The notes below the pieces were generated by a model. It saw only the letters and a program-made list of their open reading frames with translations. It had not been told where the DNA came from and made no database searches. A DNA stretch of 64,000 nt, taken from a phage. Below, piece by piece: positions 39,753 to 48,389 of the stretch (position 1 is the stretch's first letter; every line of letters begins with the position of its first letter). Where the stretch lies: sequence record PV808484.1. One strand, written 5' to 3'. A program made the position numbers and the translations under genes.

Positions 39753-39953
39753 TTAATCCCCTTCATATTTAGGTAAAGGCATATATGCCACAATAGGAGG
39801 GTAATCAAAGTGAAAATGATGGTTCACCACAATAATCTTACCAGACATACTTTTATGCACTTCACAATACCCTTTTTCACCATCTTCCATTACCACCACA
39901 TACTCACCTAGTGGGATATCGTATGGATCTTCTACTTTTACCCATTCTGTCAT
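39753..39953 (-). CDS. hypothetical protein
   Basis: 66-aa ORF. Confidence 0.4.
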   Translation of the reverse strand: MTEWVKVEDPYDIPLGEYVVVMEDGEKGYCEVHKSMSGKIIVVNHHFHFDYPPIVAYMPLPKYEGD

Positions 39954-40219
39954 TTTGGAAATACCTCTTGTCCATCTTCATGCATTTGTAGTAAAGTTTC
40001 ACAGATTTCATACACATCTTGGTATGTTACAACTGAGAGATCAGATTCTTGATCTTCGACAAGCATAGCACAAAGAGCTTTAATGTCAATACCTTTACAA
40101 TGTTCCGTAGCTACACGGTACATTTCACCATCCTCCCAAACAATTGGTTGCGGGAGCAAAACATCTGTACCATCTTCACAAGTTACAATGTAGTCTGCAA
40201 TATTGTCACGAATTTTCAT
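39950..40219 (-). CDS. hypothetical protein
   Basis: 89-aa ORF. Confidence 0.45.
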   Translation of the reverse strand: MKIRDNIADYIVTCEDGTDVLLPQPIVWEDGEMYRVATEHCKGIDIKALCAMLVEDQESDLSVVTYQDVYEICETLLQMHEDGQEVFPK

Positions 40220-40473
40220 TGTACTACCCCCTTAAATCCAGATGTACTGCCAGTTTTAACTTTTGCTTTAAGATGTTCCAACTCTACCATAGGTGTTGCT
40301 ACTTGTATAGGATTTTCCTCAACCTCATAAATATAATATTCATAATAAGCATACTTACCAATAGAGTGCAGATACTTAATTGCATGTTCAGGCGAATCTG
40401 CTTCAACATACCCTAAATCTTTTGTGGTACGACCTTCGCAATCACCTTCGGTAGTTACATGATAAAGTGTCAT
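40216..40473 (-). CDS. hypothetical protein
   Basis: 85-aa ORF. Confidence 0.45.
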   Translation of the reverse strand: MTLYHVTTEGDCEGRTTKDLGYVEADSPEHAIKYLHSIGKYAYYEYYIYEVEENPIQVATPMVELEHLKAKVKTGSTSGFKGVVQ

Positions 40474-40784
40474 AAAACCTCCTCATAGTAAGGTAAAGCC
40501 TTGATCAGTTGTTCTGAAGTGCCATTTTGCACCCACGTAACACCATTGTCAACAGAAACATACCCTTTTTTGTCAATAAATTTACGCAGACAACCAGTGA
40601 ACTTATTTTTGTAGATCATTTCTTCTTTCCTTTTTTGATTACAGCCCCCGTCACTTCCTTGCCAAACTTCCGCTCTGAATTCCATCTCAAACCACTCACC
40701 ACCGCAAAAACGGCTGTGTTCAACACGTCTATCTTCCTTCATTGCTTCTTTAGCTTCGATAGAAGTTAGTTCGATGTTTTGCAT
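40470..40784 (-). CDS. hypothetical protein
   Basis: start moved to ATG 40784 (MQNIELTS; AGGAGA upstream); first gene of leftward block. Confidence 0.45.
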   Translation of the reverse strand: MQNIELTSIEAKEAMKEDRRVEHSRFCGGEWFEMEFRAEVWQGSDGGCNQKRKEEMIYKNKFTGCLRKFIDKKGYVSVDNGVTWVQNGTSEQLIKALPYYEEVL

Positions 40785-40902
40785 TTGCTTTTCTCCTTTC
40801 CTTTGGTATGCGCTAATCTTAACAAAATAAAAACGTATGTCAATACTTGATTTGAAATTAGTTTCTGGTACTCTGTGTGTATCGTAACAAAAGAGGTTAG
40901 AT
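40785..40902. promoter_or_regulatory. divergent intergenic region at the strand switch
   Basis: 118-bp AT-rich gap separating first leftward and first rightward gene; no motifs assigned. Confidence 0.4.
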
Positions 40903-41193
40903 ATGAACATCACACTAGCAACTAAGAATATTACAGAAACTTTCGATGGTTTTGGCATTATTATTGCTGTTCATGGGCATAACGAAAAATGGTTAGCCTC
41001 TTTTGAAGAGGACAAAGAACGCAATGTACGTTTGAATGCACCAATCAAAGTTTTACACCAGGTAGGTGAGAATAAGAAACAATGGAGATCATACAAAGAG
41101 TGGAACATTACAAACGAATTAATACACAAACTTGACAAAGTGATAAACATGTTCGACAATGCACCAAGCAGTGCAAAACGTGTTTTACTATAA
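40903..41193 (+). CDS. hypothetical protein
   Basis: 96-aa ORF. Confidence 0.5.
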   Translation: MNITLATKNITETFDGFGIIIAVHGHNEKWLASFEEDKERNVRLNAPIKVLHQVGENKKQWRSYKEWNITNELIHKLDKVINMFDNAPSSAKRVLL

Positions 41194-41204
41194 AGGAGAG
41201 TGAT

Positions 41205-41558
41205 ATGAAAATTGTACACGATGAAATTCAATTTGAAGAGAGTGATCTTCTTGATCTGGATGTGACACTAAGTAAACTGATCTACAACGCACTTTCTGCA
41301 TATCGTGCAAAAGTGATAGCCACAAACAATGTTAAAATTCCTAGTGGGTTACTTCGTCGGATGTACCCACACGCTAAAGGTGACTATCTACCTTATATGG
41401 AAGAACGAGCAGCAGAACACTGGTTAGAAATTCTTGAAAAAATGGAGTCCTCTTTTAAAGATTCAACTCCACCTGAAGAAGTTAATGAAAAACAACGGCA
41501 AGAGCGTTTAGAAGGTCGTATTTTGTTTGCTAAGTATTTCCATAATTTGTGGAGCTAA
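41205..41558 (+). CDS. hypothetical protein
   Basis: 117 aa; AAGGAGAG upstream. Confidence 0.5.
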   Translation: MKIVHDEIQFEESDLLDLDVTLSKLIYNALSAYRAKVIATNNVKIPSGLLRRMYPHAKGDYLPYMEERAAEHWLEILEKMESSFKDSTPPEEVNEKQRQERLEGRILFAKYFHNLWS

Positions 41559-41656
41559 ACATATCTGGTAAAATCACTTATATGTTCTTAGTATACTTGT
41601 GTAAAGAAGTTATCTAACAGGTGTTGAGTGGACTATTAAATTAGGAGGGCTTTAAT

Positions 41657-41995
41657 ATGTTTAGTAAAGAAATGAGAGAAGTAATTGCCACTTTGGTAGT
41701 TGATCATGGTGTTGAAGTTGAGCGTCACGTTTGGAACGATGAACCTCCTTTCTTCGATTTGGCATCACGAGCTAAAAGTCATATGCACCTGCTGGAAGAC
41801 GGTAATGAGTTTGTTCTCCGTATGCGTTATGATCGAGAGTTTCGAATTCCGCTTGACACTGAACCAGATGGTGTAGTAATGTGGTTGGCAGAACATTTCG
41901 CATACGATGCACTACATGGAAGAAGTTTTGGTAATGAGCGTTGGGATGCCATTTGTCGTAAGCATAATATTGAACCAGAGTACGGGAGTTTATAA
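41657..41995 (+). CDS. hypothetical protein
   Basis: 112 aa; AGGAGGG upstream. Confidence 0.5.
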   Translation: MFSKEMREVIATLVVDHGVEVERHVWNDEPPFFDLASRAKSHMHLLEDGNEFVLRMRYDREFRIPLDTEPDGVVMWLAEHFAYDALHGRSFGNERWDAICRKHNIEPEYGSL

Positions 41996-42246
41996 TGTTA
42001 AGTATCAAACCTAAAATGATAACAGCAGATGAAGCAGACTTTATTTTCAAATGTGGACGTGTATGGAGAGAGTTCACAAAAGGGAATGAAGTGGTTGTTG
42101 TTGTCGAACACAAGATATCTATCCAGGATCTGTTTGGACAATATGTTGATGTTATTAAATTAGGTATTGACAAGGGTTTAGTTGAGGTGTTAACATTAGA
42201 TCAAGTTGAAGCAGAGCACCTCGATAAAGTGGTGGTTGAATTTTAA
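41995..42246 (+). CDS. hypothetical protein
   Basis: 83-aa ORF, start overlaps upstream stop. Confidence 0.45.
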   Translation: MLSIKPKMITADEADFIFKCGRVWREFTKGNEVVVVVEHKISIQDLFGQYVDVIKLGIDKGLVEVLTLDQVEAEHLDKVVVEF

Positions 42247-42266
42247 AATACAGACGGGAGAAAGGT

Positions 42267-42440
42267 ATGAGTTTCTTTGTTACAGTATTTATGGCTATTT
42301 GGATTGTAGTCTCACTCGTTCTTTTCCTGGTGGGTTGTCTGGAAGAGATTAAGAAAGCGGTTATTTGCGGTTTCTTTGGCTTTATTATCTCTCCTGCCTG
42401 GATGTGGTTCTTCATTATGATTGGTTTCCTTAAAAGGTAA
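42267..42440 (+). CDS. small membrane protein (57 aa)
   Basis: not in ORF track; two hydrophobic helices. Confidence 0.4.
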   Translation: MSFFVTVFMAIWIVVSLVLFLVGCLEEIKKAVICGFFGFIISPAWMWFFIMIGFLKR

Positions 42441-42454
42441 GTGAGGAATAAAGA

Positions 42455-42892
42455 ATGAGTAAAACAAACGCAATCGCAGATAAAGCAACGGATGTACTTC
42501 TGAACATGGTTAACGTCACTATTCAAACAATGAGTGATGTTGTGGAGTTTGGAAAACAACAAATTCCAGAAGTAATCCATCAATTATTAGTGTGGAAAGC
42601 AGTATCCGCAGGTTTATGGCAACTTTTTAGTATTTGCTTTATGTTTATTACTTTTATTGCTGTGCGGAACCTCGTAAAAGCAATTAAAGATAAAGAATGC
42701 CTGTGGTCACGAGATCGCTATGGTGAAGTATCTGCTTTACCTATTGTTGGTCTTGTTGTCTGTGCTTTCTTTTTCTTTTTAGGATTTGTTATTTTCTTTT
42801 CGAATTTTGATTGGCTAAAAATCATTATTGCACCAAAAGTGTATCTGATTGAATTTGCTGCTGATTTAATTCGTTCATCTCAACAAAAATAA
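42455..42892 (+). CDS. membrane protein
   Basis: 145 aa, multiple hydrophobic segments. Confidence 0.5.
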   Translation: MSKTNAIADKATDVLLNMVNVTIQTMSDVVEFGKQQIPEVIHQLLVWKAVSAGLWQLFSICFMFITFIAVRNLVKAIKDKECLWSRDRYGEVSALPIVGLVVCAFFFFLGFVIFFSNFDWLKIIIAPKVYLIEFAADLIRSSQQK

Positions 42893-42903
42893 AAGGGGTT
42901 AAA

Positions 42904-44031
42904 ATGAAATACACGATTTATGGTGATATTGTAAGTGTAAATAAAGATATGGGCGTGGAATCTAACTACCTTCCACCTGGATTCTATACTGTTAGTCGTG
43001 ATCCCCTTGGCAATTATTTTTTAAGCCGTGGTAATCTGACAGGTGTACCGGATGTTCTGTATGGTGAAACAGAAAAACGAGCAAATCACGTTATCCGTAC
43101 ATTCCATCGCCGGAGTGCACAAGGTAAAAATACAGGTTTGCTCCTGACAGGAACTAAGGGCAGTGGTAAAACTATGTTAGCCAAACTCATTAGTCGTGAC
43201 CTTGTAGAAGAAGGTATTCCAACTATTATGGTTACTCAAGCCTACAGCGATGCTAATTTCATTGAACTTATTAGCAAGATCACCGACAAAGCAGTGATTA
43301 TTTTTGACGAGTTTGATAAAGTGTATGAGAAGAAACAAGATCAAGAAGCACTTCTCACTTTGTTAGATGGTACTGGCAGTGGTAATAAACTGTTTATTCT
43401 GACTAAAAACAGTGGTTTTATCTCTGAATTCTTTTTAAATCGTCCTAGTCGTGTGTTTTATAATTTTAATTATGATAAAATCTCACTAGAAACTATGATT
43501 GACTATTTAGATAAAAACCTGGATAACAAAGCACACTTTGATAATTTCCAAAGACTTTGGGATGTAAGTTTAGAGTTGTCCTTTGATGTGATCCAAGGTA
43601 TAGTAGAAGAACTTAATTTCTACCCTGATTTATCCTTTAAAGAATGCATCTCTATGATGGGCGTTTCTTTAGGTGGTGGTAATAAATGGGATATCAGCAG
43701 CGTTGTTATTAATGGAAAACTTCAGAAAGTTAGCTGGGTATCTAGTTGGCATAACTTCACACCTGCAATCTTTTTAGGTGGTTCGTGCACACTAGACGTG
43801 TACTTGTCATCTCCAAGTGATGCAGATTCTAAAGAAGCCCTTGCTAATAGCTCTTACGTGGTTTTTGATGATGAAGGCGATGCTCGAATTCCATTGAATG
43901 CGACAAAAATGAAAGCAGACCTTATCACAGGCGGTAAAATCGTTGTGTTTAGTGATGATCCAGAAGATTCTTTCCGTATTGTTCTGGAACCAACTATCAC
44001 CAATGGTGCAACTTTGGCAAGCGTGTTTTAA
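42904..44031 (+). CDS. P-loop ATPase, paralogue B
   Basis: 375 aa; Walker A GTKGSGKT, Walker B IIFDEFDK; collinear similarity to 27498..28658. Confidence 0.6.
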   Translation: MKYTIYGDIVSVNKDMGVESNYLPPGFYTVSRDPLGNYFLSRGNLTGVPDVLYGETEKRANHVIRTFHRRSAQGKNTGLLLTGTKGSGKTMLAKLISRDLVEEGIPTIMVTQAYSDANFIELISKITDKAVIIFDEFDKVYEKKQDQEALLTLLDGTGSGNKLFILTKNSGFISEFFLNRPSRVFYNFNYDKISLETMIDYLDKNLDNKAHFDNFQRLWDVSLELSFDVIQGIVEELNFYPDLSFKECISMMGVSLGGGNKWDISSVVINGKLQKVSWVSSWHNFTPAIFLGGSCTLDVYLSSPSDADSKEALANSSYVVFDDEGDARIPLNATKMKADLITGGKIVVFSDDPEDSFRIVLEPTITNGATLASVF

Positions 44032-44045
44032 GTAAGCCAGCAAAT

Positions 44046-44072
44046 AAAAACCCGCTTCGGCGGGTTTTCTTG
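44046..44072 (+). terminator. rho-independent terminator
   Basis: AAAAACCCGC-TTCG-GCGGGTTTT then CTTG. Confidence 0.65.
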
Positions 44073-44105
44073 CATTAATGCCAGATTTAATAAGAGGAGT
44101 AGTAG

Positions 44106-45083
44106 ATGGCAGCACCAAAATCATGGGAACAATATAAAGAAGAGTGTATACCAATAGCAGAGAGTAAGCAAATCCAAATCTTAGGATGGACGGGACAATG
44201 GAAAGGGGGCCACACAAAACTTGATTTGTTGTGCCATTGTGGTTATAAATGGGATACTACAAGTATTAACAGTTTTAAATGTGGTAGCGGTTGTCCACAA
44301 TGTAAGAGGGAGAAACAAACAATGTCCGACGATCAACATATTGCAGGTTTCTTTTCTACAGGGAAATTTAAGGAAGGCACTATCTTCACTAACACAGGAA
44401 CACGGGGTAAAGGATGTAGGCATATTACCTGGATGGTTGAATGTCCTGTTTGCTCTCATGATGAATATGTTCAAGCAGGTGTTTGTGATGGTAAATTTTA
44501 CTCTAAAGGACATCGCCTTAAACAAGGGTATATTCCGTGTCGTTGTGGGAAATATCAGTATACAGAAGACCAGATCACCTATAGGGTAAAAAAGGAAGTA
44601 GAAGGGAAAGGGTATGTCTGGGTAGATTGGATTACCAAACCCTCTTCTATAGGTAAGTTTAAATATCTTTGTCTTGTGCATGGTGAGCAGATAGGGAGTG
44701 CTCGTAATTTATTAAGCCTCGGTCAAGGTTGTCCACAGTGTGCTGGTCATAGTCAACAGCAATTATATATTAATATTGTTAAAGATAATGATATTATAGT
44801 TGCTCTTAAGTTTGGTATAGCTAAAGATAGCGATAGACGATTAAACGGTCAAAATAGCCGTAATCTGTTTTTTATGGAGCGTATTTGTTTATATGATTTT
44901 AGCACAGTGAAACAATGTAAGGCTGCTGAAAGAGCTATAAAGAAAAAATTAAAAACTGGTATTTTAACGGCAAGAGAGTTGAAAGATGGTTATACAGAAA
45001 CAGTAAGTGTTTCTGATTTGGAAAATCTTCAAAAAATTATTACACAATATGGTGGCAAGTTAGTATACAGTAAGGAGGTGTAA
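44106..45083 (+). CDS. zinc-ribbon repeat protein, possible GIY-YIG-like (T5orf172-type) nuclease
   Basis: 325 aa; repeated G(S/Q)GCPQC units; C-terminal LYINIVKD...FGIAKDSDRR; low certainty. Confidence 0.4.
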   Translation: MAAPKSWEQYKEECIPIAESKQIQILGWTGQWKGGHTKLDLLCHCGYKWDTTSINSFKCGSGCPQCKREKQTMSDDQHIAGFFSTGKFKEGTIFTNTGTRGKGCRHITWMVECPVCSHDEYVQAGVCDGKFYSKGHRLKQGYIPCRCGKYQYTEDQITYRVKKEVEGKGYVWVDWITKPSSIGKFKYLCLVHGEQIGSARNLLSLGQGCPQCAGHSQQQLYINIVKDNDIIVALKFGIAKDSDRRLNGQNSRNLFFMERICLYDFSTVKQCKAAERAIKKKLKTGILTARELKDGYTETVSVSDLENLQKIITQYGGKLVYSKEV

Positions 45084-45635
45084 ATGCGGATTACTGATAA
45101 GTATGTGTTCTTCTTCTCGGCAAAAGATGAATTTAGCAACTGGTATCTATCATCTTTTATTGAACCTTTAGCTCCCAAGTATAATAATTCTATCACAAGT
45201 TCTGTCGAATTTACTTGTGTGGAACAATATATGATGTGGAGAAAAGCATGTTTATTTTATGATTACAACATTGCATCTTCTATTTTAACCGGAGATCTAA
45301 GATATACAGGAGAAAAAGAACAAGCATATTATAAGCGACTAGGTAGATTAGTTAAAGATTATGATGAAGATACCTGGACTTCTTTACGGGAGAAGATTGT
45401 CAAACGTGGTTTGTATCTTAAATACACACAAAATGAAGATCTCAAAAATAAACTTATAGCTTACGCAGATAAGGAGTTCGTAGAGGCAAGCCCTTATGAT
45501 TCTATTTATGGTATCAAAATGGGGATGTGGGATCGTGATGTTGAAAATAAGGATTGTTGGAAAGGACAAAATCTTTTAGGAAAATGGCATACAGACCTTG
45601 CTGTTTATCTAAAAGCACAATCTGATATTTCCTGA
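45084..45635 (+). CDS. NADAR (YbiA/DUF1768) domain protein
   Basis: 183 aa; VFFFSAKDEFSNWY, VEQYMMWRKA, YDSIYGIKMG match NADAR landmarks. Confidence 0.7.
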   Translation: MRITDKYVFFFSAKDEFSNWYLSSFIEPLAPKYNNSITSSVEFTCVEQYMMWRKACLFYDYNIASSILTGDLRYTGEKEQAYYKRLGRLVKDYDEDTWTSLREKIVKRGLYLKYTQNEDLKNKLIAYADKEFVEASPYDSIYGIKMGMWDRDVENKDCWKGQNLLGKWHTDLAVYLKAQSDIS

Positions 45636-45849
45636 TATTTTGAAAATTTTTATTTTTATAAAAAGGGGTGTGGGTTTCATGTACGGAAATCCACCCTCTG
45701 AATAATATATCCAGAGTAAGTATTATTCTGTACTCTGTTAATAAATTATTTAATTTGTTTGTTGGATTATGATATCTGGTTTTTAAAAGGCATACTATCT
45801 CTTAACTACTACTTATAACAGAACAGTAAAATCATTTTTATAAAAAGGA

Positions 45850-46055
45850 CAAAATTATTTAAAGTTTTTACAGATTTTTGGGTACAAATTTTGAAAATGA
45901 AAAGTTCAAGTTTGGTCAAAATTATTTAAAGTTTTTGTACGTATTTCCATCCAGATTTTGAAAATGAAAAGTTCAATTTTTTAAAAATTCCCCAGTTTAT
46001 TTAAAGTTTTTTTGCCTTTTTCCGTAGAAAAATCAAAAATGAAAAGTTCAATTTC
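45850..46055. repeat. three tandem ~67-bp direct repeats
   Basis: unit TATTTAAAGTTTTT ... TTTGAAAATGAAAAGTTCAA recurs at about 45856, 45923 and 45989. Confidence 0.6.
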
Positions 46056-46072
46056 GTGTTTTTATAGGTATG

Positions 46073-46190
46073 CGTATGATAATCATTCTCATTTGTAAAT
46101 GAGAATCATTATCATTTAATTATGTAAGTGATAATCATTCTCAGTAAGAGAATGAGAATCATTAGCAAATGAGAATTTTCTCATTTAGAG
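46073..46190. promoter_or_regulatory. cluster of three operator-like palindromes (Fur-box-like)
   Basis: GATAATCATTCTCATTT-GTA-AAATGAGAATCATTATC; GATAATCATTCTCA..GAGAATGAGAATCATTAGC; AAATGAGAATTTTCTCATTT. Confidence 0.5.
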
Positions 46191-46447
46191 AATAACGCGT
46201 AGGGGTGGTGTTTGTCTCGCGCTCCCGTGTCCCCTCGCCATACAATAAGAATAGCATAACCAACAACAAAAGCAAGCGATTATTTTTATCTTTACATTTC
46301 TTTACAAATTTATTTTAGACGAGCTACCGGCGATCAACCTTCCAACCAGTGTGCCCTGGTATGTTAGCCCCGCCTTTACGCCGTGGGGGTGGCGCTTCCT
46401 CTTCTGTATGTAAAACAGTATAAGCCCGATCCCTGGGCTTGTCAAGA

Positions 46448-46714
46448 TTATTTTTTGTTTTCTTGCCAGGATAGGACACCTAACCAAAAATACATGTCGC
46501 CCCGCGCCCCTGGCGGGATCTTGCTTTCCCCGCCGCCACTGCAAGCCCATAGATAACCATTTGCGAACGTATCAAAATGATCTATTTCTTCCACCTTATG
46601 ATCGCCCAGGTTGAGAACGGTTTCAACCTTTAAGCCCGTTGCGCTTGCTACCTGGTGCACCGTGCCGCCTTGCCAGCCTAATGAGTGCATGAGGTGTAAA
46701 GTAGTATTTGTCAT
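46448..46714 (-). CDS. hypothetical protein inside GC-rich island
   Basis: 88 aa from internal ATG 46714; opposite strand to neighbouring early genes; uncertain. Confidence 0.3.
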   Translation of the reverse strand: MTNTTLHLMHSLGWQGGTVHQVASATGLKVETVLNLGDHKVEEIDHFDTFANGYLWACSGGGESKIPPGARGDMYFWLGVLSWQENKK

Positions 46715-46824
46715 GGTATCGCCCTTTCTTTGATGTGCGCCCTGGTTGGCGCGGTAGAAAGATAATAGCCCCTTTCCTTTATAGATAGCAAGCAAAAAAG
46801 AAATGAAAAAAGATTAAAAAAGGG

Positions 46825-46853
46825 TTGACGTTCCTCACCTGGTAGCGTATTAT
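46825..46853 (+). promoter_or_regulatory. sigma70-like promoter
   Basis: TTGACG -17 bp- TATTAT; followed by strong SD and a 6-codon ORF (46907..46927). Confidence 0.45.
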
Positions 46854-46979
46854 TCATCTTGTCGAGGGGGGCGAGGCACAACGACAATAAACAAAAGGAG
46901 GGCGCAATGCAGGACGGGCAAAGGTGAGGATCTCCACAATCCACCGTCACAATAACATTACTTATAAAAGGTTGATAAC

Positions 46980-47075
46980 GATGATCAAGAAAGAAAACAG
47001 CTTGACGGTTGGAACGATTAACGCTATCATTTTCGCCGTTCCATTTTGGGTTGTAGTAGCGGTTATTATCTTTTA
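46980..47075 (+). CDS. small hydrophobic peptide (31 aa)
   Basis: MIKKENSLTVGTINAIIFAVPFWVVVAVIIF; AAAAGG upstream. Confidence 0.3.
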
Positions 47076-47130
47076 AAAATATTCTTGACAACGTTTTTTA
47101 ATCTGATAAGATGTATCACATAGGGCGGCA
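47075..47130 (+). promoter_or_regulatory. early promoter + 5' leader hairpin cassette
   Basis: TTGACA 47075-80, -10 TAAGAT, leader CACATAGG, hairpin GCGGC-AATAGT-GCCGC, ATG at 47165. Confidence 0.6.
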
Positions 47131-47164
47131 ATAGTGCCGCTCATAACAGAAGAGAGAAATAATC

Positions 47165-47437
47165 ATGGCATCATATAGCGCATCAATGATCGTAATGGGT
47201 ATCACTGGTAAACCTATGCGCGGTGGCGGATCTTTCGCTAACATCAATATTGATGGACGTTTATCCCTGGACGCAGCGATCACAGTGGCACGGGAAACAT
47301 TTAAAAAAGAATGTAATTTCAATAAACAAGATTATCTCGGTTTCGCTATTGAAAAAACCGCGCGATTTGTGGATTATAAAAGCCCGAAAATGATCGACAC
47401 TACACTAAAAGCGAAAGATGTAGCGTTTTTGCTTTAA
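47165..47437 (+). CDS. hypothetical early protein
   Basis: 90-aa ORF downstream of cassette. Confidence 0.5.
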   Translation: MASYSASMIVMGITGKPMRGGGSFANINIDGRLSLDAAITVARETFKKECNFNKQDYLGFAIEKTARFVDYKSPKMIDTTLKAKDVAFLL

Positions 47438-47447
47438 GACTTGACAC

Positions 47448-47508
47448 TGAAAAATAATTTGGTAATATATACCACATAAGGCGGGGAAATGGTTTCCCGC
47501 CAAGCCAT
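47448..47508 (+). promoter_or_regulatory. early promoter + 5' leader hairpin cassette
   Basis: TTGACA, -10 TAATAT, hairpin GGCGGGGAAA-TGG-TTTCCCGCC. Confidence 0.6.
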
Positions 47509-47526
47509 CAAAGAAAGGGTAACACA

Positions 47527-47889
47527 ATGAGCAAGCAAATCAATACTATCATGTTAAACCTGGTATCTTTCCGCGATGACGTGAAAAATCTTTCGCGTGA
47601 TGCAGTGGATGCACGGATCGAAAGCTATCGCACACAGATCGCAACATTACCGTTAAAACGTGATCAACATGCCGCTAATATGATGCTTGATGCTATGATT
47701 AAAAAGATGATTCAATGTGATCTTACTCTGGCTTATGAATATGCTGGCGATCTTTTTGTAACATATAACAAGCCCGTTCCAGGTATGAGCACCACGGAAG
47801 AATTGCATGCCTTAAATCTGCGACAAGATGCATGGGATAACATGCGCCGTGTTATGGTATGGGTAGAAAGCGGTAAAATTTACGAATAA
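47527..47889 (+). CDS. hypothetical early protein
   Basis: 120-aa ORF. Confidence 0.5.
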   Translation: MSKQINTIMLNLVSFRDDVKNLSRDAVDARIESYRTQIATLPLKRDQHAANMMLDAMIKKMIQCDLTLAYEYAGDLFVTYNKPVPGMSTTEELHALNLRQDAWDNMRRVMVWVESGKIYE

Positions 47890-47895
47890 AAACGG

Positions 47896-47949
47896 TTGAC
47901 ATTGCACTAAAACCTGATAAGCTATCTTAAAGCGGGAATAGTTCCCGCT
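47896..47949 (+). promoter_or_regulatory. early promoter + 5' leader hairpin cassette
   Basis: TTGACA, -10 TAAGCT, hairpin AGCGGGAA-TAG-TTCCCGCT. Confidence 0.55.
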
Positions 47950-47967
47950 TACATAGGATAAAACTTT

Positions 47968-48114
47968 ATGAAACAATATGTAATGAGTATTCACACCAAA
48001 AACGGCGCTACTGTTACGACTCCGGCACGGTTTGCACTTGTAAACCGTTGCAAGAGACTAAAACGAGAGCTAAAAAACAACCGTGCAACGGGCTTTAAAC
48101 GCTGGGGAGGATAA
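47968..48114 (+). CDS. small basic protein (48 aa)
   Basis: not in ORF track; ATG 47968 downstream of cassette. Confidence 0.4.
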   Translation: MKQYVMSIHTKNGATVTTPARFALVNRCKRLKRELKNNRATGFKRWGG

Positions 48115-48116
48115 TC

Positions 48117-48389
48117 TTGTTTTTTCTAAAAGTTTTTGATAATGTGATCGCTTTTGAACATGCTGCAACGTTCAACCTGGCGAGATACGCTATCAGGTTT
48201 AAAGATAATGTTTATCCCCGTGCTGGTGGCGGTTACACTATCTTTAATCATCGTAACGCTCAATTAACGGATATAACGAATCCAGATCCTGGAGTGTATC
48301 GCATAGGTTGGCTACCGTCAAAAGACGCGGCAAGCATGTTTAAGGTGTGTAAACTACTAACAGAAGAGGCGAACGAACATGGGGCGTGA
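48117..48389 (+). CDS. hypothetical protein (TTG start)
   Basis: 90 aa; TTG start with GGAGG 9 nt upstream. Confidence 0.35.
   Translation: MFFLKVFDNVIAFEHAATFNLARYAIRFKDNVYPRAGGGYTIFNHRNAQLTDITNPDPGVYRIGWLPSKDAASMFKVCKLLTEEANEHGA

Noticed and set aside
45640-46200. tRNA genes in the non-coding regions (45640-46200, 55960-56340, 57110-58815)
   Set aside because: Scanned by eye for cloverleaf hallmarks (GTTCGA-type T-arm with matching acceptor stems); none seen. A covariance-model search would be needed to rule them out.
46302-47091. Minus-strand ORFs 46302..46550 and 46711..47091 in the GC-rich island
   Set aside because: Mutually overlapping in different frames, no RBS, Arg/Gly/Pro-rich translations typical of GC-rich non-coding sequence; only 46448..46714 retained, at low confidence.
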